Of a DNA stretch of 64,000 nt, positions 53,900-64,000 are shown one piece after another. Position numbers and translations under genes: made by a program. This DNA comes from Eledone cirrhosa (Eukaryota): assembly GCA_964016885.1 (NCBI GenBank), contig OZ024743.1:131564001-131628000 (forward strand). The letters are read 5' to 3'. How positions within the stretch are numbered: position 1 is the stretch's first letter; the number at the start of each line of letters is the position of its first letter. Below the pieces are notes generated by a model that did not search any database, had not been told where the DNA came from, and saw only the letters and a program-made list of their open reading frames with translations.

Positions 53900-56800
53900 C
53901 AAACACCAAGCACCAAGTACCAAACTCCAAACACCAAACACCAAGCACGAAGCACCAAATCCCAAGCACCAAACACCAAGCACCAATCAACAAACACCAA
54001 ACACCAAGCACCAAGCACCAAACACCAAAAACCAAGCACCAAGCACCAAGCACCAAACACCAAACACCGAACACCAAGTACCAAGCACCAAACACCAAGC
54101 ACCAGGCGCCAAAGACCAAACACCAAGCACCAAGCACGAAACACCAAGCACCAAGCACCGAGCACCAAACACCAAGTACCAGGCACCAATCAACAAACAC
54201 CAAGCACCAAGCACCAAATACCAGACAGCAAGCACCAGGCACCAAACACCAAACACCAAGCACCAAGCACCAAACACCAAGCACCAACCACCAAGCACCA
54301 AACACCAAGCACCAAGCACCAAACACCAAGCACCAATCACCAAACAGCAAACACCAAGCACCAAACACCAAGCACCAAGCACCAAACACCAAGCACCAAG
54401 CACCAAACACCAAAAACCAATCACCAAGCACCAAAGAGCAAACACCAAGCCCCAAGCACCAAACACCAAACACCAAACACCAAATAGCAAACACTAAACA
54501 CCAAACACCAAACAGCAAACACAAAACACCAAATAGCAAATACCAAACAGCAAACATCAAACACCAAACAGCAAACACCAAACACCAACCAGGAAACACC
54601 AAACACCAAGCACCAAACACCAAGCACCAAGCCCCAAGCACCAAACACCAAGCACCAAGCACCAAACACCAAGCACCAAGCACCATGCACCAAACACCTA
54701 GCACCAAGCACCAAACAGCAAACACCAAACAGCAAACACCAAACACCAACCAGCGAACACCAAGCACCAAACACCAAACACCAAGCACCAAGCACCAAAC
54801 ACCAAACACCAAGCACCAAGCACCACACACCAAATACCAAGCACCAAGCACTAAACACCAAACACCAAGCACCAAGCACCAATCACCAAGCACCAAGCAC
54901 TAAACACCAAACACCTAGCACCAAGCACCAAGCACCAAACACCAAGCACCAAGCACCAAGCACCAAACACCAAGCACCAAAGACCAATCCCCAAATACCA
55001 AGCACCAAGCACCAAACACTAATCACCAGGGACCAAGCACCAAACACCAAGAACCAAGCACCAAGCACTAAACACCAAACACCAAGCACCAAGCACCAAA
55101 CACCAAACACCAAGCACCAAGTACCAAACTCCAAACACCAAACACCAAGCACCAAGCACCAAATCCCAAGCACCAAACACCAAGCACCAATCACCAAACA
55201 CCAAACACCAAGCACCAAGCACCAAACACCAAAAACCAAGCACCAAGCACCAAGCACCAAACACCAAGCACCAAGCACCAAACACCAAACAGCAAGCACC
55301 AAGCACCAAACACCAAACACCAAGCACCAAGCACCACACACCAACTACCAAGCACCAAGCACTAAACACCAAACACCAAGCACCAAGCACCAAGCATGAA
55401 GCACCAAGCACCAAACACCAAGCACCAAGCACCAAGCACCAAACATAAAACAACAAGTACCAAGCACCAAACACCAAACACCAAACACCAAACACCAAAC
55501 ACCAAGCAAAAGCACCAAACACCAAACAGCAAGCACCAAGCACCAGACACCAAGCACCAAGCACCAAGCACCAAGCACCAAAAACCAAGCACCAAGCACC
55601 AAGGACCAAACACCAAGCACCAAACACCAAACACCAAGCACCAAGCACCAAACACCAAACACCAAGCACCAAACACCAAACACCAAGCACCAATCACCAA
55701 ACACCAAGCACCAAGCGCCAAACACCAAACACCAAACACCTAGCACCAAGCACCAAGCACCAAGCACCAAACACCAATCACCATGCACCCAGAACCAAGC
55801 ACCAAGCACCAAACACCAAACACCAAGCACCAAGCACCAATCACCAAACACCAAGCACCAAACACCAAGCACCAAGCACCAAACACCATATACCAAGCAC
55901 CAAGCACCAAACACCAAAAACCAATCACCAAGCACCAAAGAGCAAACACCAAGCCCCAAGCACCAAACACCAAACACCAAACACCAAACAGCAAACACTA
56001 AACACCAAACACCAAACAGCAAACACGAAACACCAAATAGCAAACACCAAACACCAACCAGGAAACACCAAACAGCAAACACCAAACAGCAAACGCCAAA
56101 CAGCAAACATAAACACCAAACACCAAACACCAAGCACCAAGCACCAAGCACAAAACACCAAACAACAAGCGCCAAGCACCAAACGCCAAACACCAAACAC
56201 CAAACAGCAAATACCAATCACCAAACACCAAACACCAAACACCAAACAGCAAACACGAAACAGCAAACACCAAACAGTAAACACCAAACAGCAAACACCA
56301 AACAGCAAACACCAAACACCAAACACCAAACACCAAGCACCAAGCACCAAACACCAAGCACCAAGCAACAAGCACCAATCACCAAGCACCAAGCACTAAA
56401 CACCAAACACCTAGCACCAAGCACCAAGCACCAAACACCAAGCACCAAGCACCAAGCACCAAGCACCAAGCACCAAACACCAAACACTGAACACCAAGTA
56501 CCAAGCACCAAACACCAAGCACCAAGCGCCAATGACCAAACACCAAGCACCAAGCACGAAACACCAAGCACCAAGCACCGAGCACCAAACACCAAGTACC
56601 AGGCACCAATCAACAAACACCAAGCACCAAGCACCAAATACCAGACAGCAAGCACCAAGCACCAAACACCAAACACCAAGCACCAAGCACCAAACACCAA
56701 GCACCAAGCGCCAAACACCAAACACCAAGCACCAAGCACCAAACACCAAGCACCAACCACCAAGCACCAAACACCAAGCACCAAGCACCAAACACCAAGC

Positions 56801-57540
56801 ACCAATCACCAAACAGCAAACACCAAGCACCAAACACCAAACACCAAGCACCAAGCACCAAACACCAAGCACCAAGCACCAAACACCAAGCACCAAGCAC
56901 CAAACACCAAAAACCAATCACCAAGCACCAAAGAGCAAACACCAAGCCCCAAGCACCAAACACCAAACACCAAACACCAAATAGCAAACACTAAACACCA
57001 AACACCAAACAGCAAACACAAAACACCAAATAGCAAATACCAAACAGCAAACACCAAACACCAAACAGCAGACACCAAACACCAACCAGGAAACACCAAA
57101 CACCAAGCACCAAACACCAAGCACCAAGCCCCAAGCACCAAACACCAAGCACCAAGCACCAAACACCAAGCACCAAGCACCATGCACCAAACACCAAGCA
57201 CCAAGCACCAAACAGCAAACACCAAACAGCAAACACCAAACACCAAACACCAACCAGCAAACACCAAGCACCAAACACCAAACACCAAGCACCAAGCACC
57301 AAACACCAAACACCAAGCACCAAGCACCACACACCAAATACCAAGCACCAAGCACTAAACACCAAACACCAAGCACCAAGCACCAAGCATCAAGCACCAA
57401 GCACCAAACACCAACCACCAAGCACCAAGCACCAAACACAAAACAACAAGTACCAAGCACCAAACACCAAACACCAAACACCAAACACCAAGCACCAAGC
57501 ACCAGACACCAAGCACCAAGCACCAAGCACCAAGCACCAA
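53900..57540. repeat. Diverged mosaic transition zone with an older ~2.5-kb duplication
   Basis: ~54.0-54.9 kb resembles ~56.45-57.36 kb (offset 2497 = 357x7 - 2 at 54421/56918) but with several differences. Many singleton monomers occur (CAGCGAA ~54751, CATGAAG ~55395, CAAAAG 55507). Confidence 0.72.
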
Positions 57541-57542
57541 AA

Positions 57543-60500
57543 ACCAAGCACCAAGCTCCAAGCACCAAACACCAAGCACCAACCACCAAGCACCAAACAC
57601 CAAGCACCAGGCACCAAGCACCAAGCACCAAGCACCAAACACCAATCACCAAGCACCAAACAGCAAACACCAAGCACCAAACACCAAACACCAAGCACCA
57701 AGCAACAAACACCAAACACCAAGCACCAAACACCAAGCACCAAGCCCCAAGCACCAAACACCAAGCACCAAGCACCAAACACCAAGCACCAAGCACCAAG
57801 CACCATGCACCAAACACCAAGCACCAAGCACCAAACAGCAAACACCAAACAGCAAACACCAAACAGCAAACACCAAACAGCAAACACCAAACACCAAACA
57901 CCAAACAGCAAACGCCAAAAAGCAAACGCCAAACTCCAAACGCCAAACAGCAAATGCCAAACCCCAAACGCCAAACAGCAAACGCCAAGCACCAAACACC
58001 AAACACCAAGCGCCAAGCACCAAACACCAAACACCAAGCACCAAGCACCAAACACCAAACACCAAGCACCAAGTACCAAACACCAAACACCAAGCACCAA
58101 ACACCAAACACCAAGCACCAAGCGCCAAACACCAAGCACCAAGCACCAAGCACCAAACACCAAACACCAAGCACCAATCACCAAACACCAAACACCAAGC
58201 GCCAAACACCAAACACCAAAGACCTAGCACCAATCACCAATCACCAAACACCAAGCACCAAACACCAAGCACCAAGCACCAAGCACCAAGCACCAAGCAC
58301 CAAACACCAATCACCAAGCCCCAAGCACCAAACACCAAGCACCCAGCACCAAACACCAAACACCAAGCACCAAGCACCCAGAACAAAGCACCAAGCACCA
58401 AACACCAAGCACCAAGCACCAAGCACCAAGCACCAAACACCAATCACCAAGCCCCAAGCACCAAACACCAAGCACCAAGCACCAAACACCAAACACCAAG
58501 CACCCAGAACCAAGCACCAAGCACCAAACACCAAACACCAAGCACCAAGCACCAAACACCAAACACCAAGCACCAAGCACCAAGCACCAAGCACCAAACA
58601 CCATACACCAAGCACCAAGGACCAAACACCAAAAACCAATCACCAAGCACCAAAGAGCAAACACCAAGCCCCAAGCACCAAACACCAAACACCAAACACC
58701 AAATAGCAAACACTAAACACCAAACACCAAACAGCAAACACAAAACACTAAATAGCGAACACCAAACAGCAAACACCAAACACCAAACAGCAAACACCAA
58801 ACACCAACCAGGAAACACCAACCAGGAAACACCAAACACCAAGCACCAAGCCCCAAGCACCAAACACCAAGCACCAAGCACCAAACACCAAGCACCATGC
58901 ACCAAGCACCATGCACCAAACACCAAGCACCAAGCACCAAACAGCAAACACCAAACAGCAAACACCAAACACCAAACACCAACCAGCAAACACCAAACAC
59001 CAAACACCAAACAGCAAACACCAAACACCAAACACCAAGCACCAAGCACCCAGAACCAAGCACCAAGCACCAAACACCAAACACCAACCACCAAGCACCA
59101 GGCCCAAACACCAAGCACCAATCACCAAGCACCAAGCACCAAGCAACAAACACAAAGCACCAATCACCAAGCACCGAGCACCAAGCACCAAGCACCAAGC
59201 ACCAAACACCAAGCACCAAACACTAAACACCAAGCACCAAGCACCAATCACCAAACACCAAGCACCAAGCACCAAACACCAAACAGCAAGCACCAAGCAC
59301 CAAACACCAAACACCAAGTACCAAGCCCAAAGCACCAAACACCAAGCACCTAGCAGCAAGCACCAAACACCAAACACCAAGCACCAAGCACCAAGAACCA
59401 AGCACCAAGCACCAAGCACCAAGCACCAAACACCAATCACCAAGCCCCAAGCACCAAACACCAAGCACCAAGCACCAAACACCAAACACCAAGCACCAAG
59501 CACCCAGAACCAAGCACCAAGCACCAAACACCAAACACCAACCACCAAGCACCAAACACCAAACACCAAGCACCAAGCACCAAGCACCAAGCACCAAACA
59601 CCAAACACCAAACACCAAACACCAAGGACCAATCACCAAACACCAAGCACCAAGCACCAAACACCAAACACCAAACACCTAGCACCAAGCACCAAGCACC
59701 AAACACCAAGCACCAAACACCAAGCACCAAGCACCAAGCACCAAGCACCAAGCACCAAACACCAATCACCAAGCCCCAAGCACCAAACACCAAGCACCCA
59801 GCACCATACACCAAACACCAAGCACCAAGCACCCAGAACAAAGCACCAAGCACCAAACACCAAACACCAAACACCAAACACCAAGCACCAAGCACCAAAG
59901 ACCAAGCACCAAGCTCCAAGCACCAAACACCAAGCACCAACCACCAAGCACCAAACACCAAGCACCAGCCACCAAGCACCAAGCACCAAGCACCAAACAC
60001 CAATCACCAAGCACCAAACAGCAAACACCAAGCACCAAACACCAAACACCAAGCACCAAGCAACAAACACCAAACACCAAGCACCAAACACCAAGCACCA
60101 AGCCCCAAGCACCAAACACCAAGCACCAAGCACCAAACACCAAGCACCAAGCACCAAGCACCATGCACCAAACACCAAGCACCAAGCACCAAACAGCAAA
60201 CACCAAACAGCAAACACCAAACAGCAAACACCAAACAGTAAACACCAAACACCAAACACCAAACAGCAAACGCCAAAAAGCAAACGCCAAACTCCAAACG
60301 CCAAACAGCAAATGCCAAACCCCAAACGCCAAACAGCAAACGCCAAGCACCAAACACCAAACACCAAGCGCCAAGCACCAAACACCAAACACCAAGCACC
60401 AAGCACCAAACACCAAACACCAAGCACCAAGTACCAAACACCAAACACCAAGCACCAAACACCAAACACTAAGCACCAAGCGCCAAACACCAAGCACCAA

Positions 60501-63500
60501 GCACCAAGCACCAAACACCAAACACCAAGCACCAATCACCAAACACCAAACACCAAGCGCCAAACACCAAACACCAAACACCTAGCACCAATCACCAATC
60601 ACCAAACACCAAGCACCAAACACCAAGCACCAAGCACCAAGCACCAAGCACCAAGCACCAAACACCAATCACCAAGCCCCAAGCACCAAACACCAAGCAC
60701 CCAGCACCAAACACCAAACACCAAGCACCAAGCACCCAGAACAAAGCACCAAGCACCAAACACCAAGCACCAAGCACCAAGCACCAAGCACCAAACACCA
60801 ATCACCAAGCCCCAAGCACCAAACACCAAGCACCAAGCACCAAACACCAAACACCAAGCACCCAGAACCAAGCACCAAGCACCAAACACCAAACACCAAG
60901 CACCAAGCACCAAACACCAAACACCAAGCACCAAGCACCAAGCACCAAGCACCAAACACCATACACCAAGCACCAAGGACCAAACACCAAAAACCAATCA
61001 CCAAGCACCAAAGAGCAAACACCAAGCCCCAAGCACCAAACACCAAACACCAAACACCAAATAGCAAACACTAAACACCAAACACCAAACAGCAAACACA
61101 AAACACTAAATAGCGAACACCAAACAGCAAACACCAAACACCAAACAGCAAACACCAAACACCAACCAGGAAACACCAACCAGGAAACACCAAACACCAA
61201 GCACCAAGCCCCAAGCACCAAACACCAAGCACCAAGCACCAAACACCAAGCACCATGCACCAAGCACCATGCACCAAACACCAAGCACCAAGCACCAAAC
61301 AGCAAACACCAAACAGCAAACACCAAACACCAAACACCAACCAGCAAACACCAAACACCAAACACCAAACAGCAAACACCAAACACCAAACACCAAGCAC
61401 CAAGCACCCAGAACCAAGCACCAAGCACCAAACACCAAACACCAACCACCAAGCACCAGGCCCAAACACCAAGCACCAATCACCAAGCACCAAGCACCAA
61501 GCAACAAACACAAAGCACCAATCACCAAGCACCGAGCACCAAGCACCAAGCACCAAGCACCAAACACCAAGCACCAAACACTAAACACCAAGCACCAAGC
61601 ACCAATCACCAAACACCAAGCACCAAGCACCAAACACCAAACAGCAAGCACCAAGCACCAAACACCAAACACCAAGTACCAAGCCCAAAGCACCAAACAC
61701 CAAGCACCAAGCACCAAGCACCAAGCACCAAACACCAATCACCAAGCCCCAAGCACCAAACACCAAGCACCAAGCACCAAACACCAAACACCAAGCACCA
61801 AGCACCCAGAACCAAGCACCAAGCACCAAACACCAAACACCAACCACCAAGCACCAAACACCAAACACCAAGCACCAAGCACCAAGCACCAAGCACCAAA
61901 CACCAAACACCAAACACCAAACACCAAGGACCAATCACCAAACACCAAGCACCAAGCACCAAACACCAAACACCAAACACCTAGCACCAAGCACCAAGCA
62001 CCAAACACCAAGCACCAAACACCAAGCACCAAGCACCAAGCACCAAGCACCAAGCACCAAACACCAATCACCAAGCCCCAAGCACCAAACACCAAGCACC
62101 CAGCACCATACACCAAACACCAAGCACCAAGCACCCAGAACAAAGCACCAAGCACCAAACACCAAACACCAAACACCAAACACCAAGCACCAAGCACCAA
62201 AGACCAAGCACCAAGCTCCAAGCACCAAACACCAAGCACCAACCACCAAGCACCAAACACCAAGCACCAGGCACCAAGCACCAAGCACCAAGCACCAAAC
62301 ACCAATCACCAAGCACCAAACAGCAAACACCAAGCACCAAACACCAAACACCAAGCACCAAGCAACAAACACCAAACACCAAGCACCAAACACCAAGCAC
62401 CAAGCCCCAAGCACCAAACACCAAGCACCAAGCACCAAACACCAAGCACCAAGCACCAAGCACCATGCACCAAACACCAAGCACCAAGCACCAAACAGCA
62501 AACACCAAACAGCAAACACCAAACAGCAAACACCAAACAGCAAACACCAAACACCAAACACCAAACAGCAAACGACAAAAAGCAAACGCCAAACTCCAAA
62601 CGCCAAACAGCAAATGCCAAACCCCAAACGCCAAACAGCAAACGCCAAGCACCAAACACCAAACACCAAGCGCCAAGCACCAAACACCAAACACCAAGCA
62701 CCAAGCACCAAACACCAAACACCAAGCACCAAGTACCAAACACCAAACACCAAGCACCAAACACCAAACACCAAGCACCAAGCGCCAAACACCAAGCACC
62801 AAGCACCAAGCACCAAACACCAAACACCAAGCACCAATCACCAAACACCAAACACCAAGCGCCAAACACCAAACACCAAACACCTAGCACCAATCACCAA
62901 TCACCAAACACCAAGCACCAAACACCAAGCACCAAGCACCAAGCACCAAGCACCAAGCACCAAACACCAATCACCAAGCCCCAAGCACCAAACACCAAGC
63001 ACCCAGCACCAAACACCAAACACCAAGCACCAAGCACCCAGAACAAAGCACCAAGCACCAAACACCAAGCACCAAGCACCAAGCACCAAGCACCAAACAC
63101 CAATCACCAAGCCCCAAGCACCAAACACCAAGCACCAAGCACCAAACACCAAACACCAAGCACCCAGAACCAAGCACCAAGCACCAAACACCAAACACCA
63201 AGCACCAAGCACCAAACACCAAACACCAAGCACCAAGCACCAAGCACCAAGCACCAAACACCATACACCAAGCACCAAGGACCAAACACCAAAAACCAAT
63301 CACCAAGCACCAAAGAGCAAACACCAAGCCCCAAGCACCAAACACCAAACACCAAACACCAAATAGCAAACACTAAACACCAAACACCAAACAGCAAACA
63401 CAAAACACTAAATAGCGAACACCAAACAGCAAACACCAAACACCAAACAGCAAACACCAAACACCAACCAGGAAACACCAACCAGGAAACACCAAACACC

Positions 63501-64000
63501 AAGCACCAAGCCCCAAGCACCAAACACCAAGCACCAAGCACCAAACACCAAGCACCATGCACCAAGCACCATGCACCAAACACCAAGCACCAAGCACCAA
63601 ACAGCAAACACCAAACAGCAAACACCAAACACCAAACACCAACCAGCAAACACCAAACACCAAACACCAAACAGCAAACACCAAACACCAAACACCAAGC
63701 ACCAAGCACCCAGAACCAAGCACCAAGCACCAAACACCAAACACCAACCACCAAGCACCAGGCCCAAACACCAAGCACCAATCACCAAGCACCAAGCACC
63801 AAGCAACAAACACAAAGCACCAATCACCAAGCACCGAGCACCAAGCACCAAGCACCAAGCACCAAACACCAAGCACCAAACACTAAACACCAAGCACCAA
63901 GCACCAATCACCAAACACCAAGCACCAAGCACCAAACACCAAACAGCAAGCACCAAGCACCAAACACCAAACACCAAGTACCAAGCCCAAAGCACCAAAC
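57543..64000. repeat. Satellite domain III: ~2.3-kb higher-order repeat (units of 2,358 and 2,302 bp plus a partial third)
   Basis: Identical ORFs at 58234/60592/62894, 58444/60802/63104 and 58897/61255/63557. 2358 = 337x7 - 1 and 2302 = 329x7 - 1. Each unit has one CACCAGG-CCCAAA hexamer (59103, 61461, 63763). Confidence 0.92.

Larger units (their letters stand above)
43150..53900. repeat. Satellite domain II: CpG-poor array marked by GAGCAAA, TAGCAAA, CAGGAAA, CATAAA and CACCAGT-CACCAGG monomers
   Basis: The first GAGCAAA-CACCAAG-CCCCAAG module is at ~43809, the first TAGCAAA at ~43886 and the first CAGGAAA at 43928. The 84-bp CpG cassette is absent until ~57906. Confidence 0.85.
1..64000. 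repeat. Heptanucleotide tandem satellite array, consensus (CACCAAR)n / (YTTGGTG)n, ~9,147 monomers, extending beyond both window ends
   Basis: The sequence parses into 7-bp units from position 1 (CACCAAG CACCAAA CACCAAG...) to the end, with no inversion or foreign insertion seen. The + strand is A/C-rich with very little T. All translated frames give the heptad KHQ(A/T)P(S/N)T or WCLV(L/F)G(A/V). Confidence 0.99.

Noticed and set aside
50017-54189. Long hydrophobic minus-strand ORFs (WCLVLGA heptads, up to 1,390 aa) resembling membrane proteins
   Set aside because: The - strand almost lacks A, so it has few stops. Equivalent overlapping ORFs occur in all frames and there is no codon-position structure.
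1-64000. Bacterial heptamer repeats (cyanobacterial STRR-type) or a contingency locus
   Set aside because: Those are short tracts next to genes. Here 64 kb is gene-free and has multi-kb higher-order duplications.
1-64000. Canonical telomerase-synthesised telomere tract
   Set aside because: The unit does not match canonical motifs I know (TTAGGG, TTTAGGG, TTAGG), and rare variants are copied in kb-scale blocks, which indicates recombinational amplification. Kept only as a speculative finding.
1-64000. tRNA, rRNA, structured ncRNA, terminators or inverted repeats
   Set aside because: The near-absence of T and scarcity of G on the + strand preclude stable stems, and no inverted segment was seen.
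1-64000. Purely artefactual low-complexity sequencing output or synthetic data encoding
   Set aside because: Rare variants recur in consistent nested order, register is preserved, and the CpG-transition pattern fits biological satellite evolution. Copy number of the largest duplications could still be misassembled.

Overview
The whole 64-kb window is one uninterrupted, single-orientation tandem satellite array of a 7-bp monomer, consensus CACCAAR (CACCAAA/CACCAAG; minus strand YTTGGTG). It holds about 9,147 monomers. I found no unique DNA, credible gene, RNA gene, transposon or CRISPR array. The ORFs in the track are artefacts: the + strand almost lacks T and the - strand almost lacks A, so stop codons are rare, and a 7-bp period gives the same 7-aa peptide in all three frames. 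The structure is hierarchical: 7-bp monomer, then 14/28-bp sub-periods, an 84-bp CpG-rich cassette, ~0.2-0.46-kb modules, 1.3-2.6-kb blocks, and near-identical 4.7-kb and 11-kb tandem duplications. Diagnostic variant monomers split the array into domain I (1-43 kb, CpG cassette), domain II (43-54 kb, CAGGAAA/GAGCAAA/TAGCAAA cassette), a diverged mosaic zone (54-57.5 kb) and a chimeric domain III (57.5-64 kb, ~2.3-kb higher-order repeat, HOR). The 7-bp register is broken by only 30 single-base deletions that trace to about 5 ancestral events. This looks like eukaryotic heterochromatic (centromeric, pericentromeric or subtelomeric) satellite DNA. The organism and function cannot be determined from the sequence alone. 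All alignments and counts were done by eye and from ORF-track offsets, not computed.
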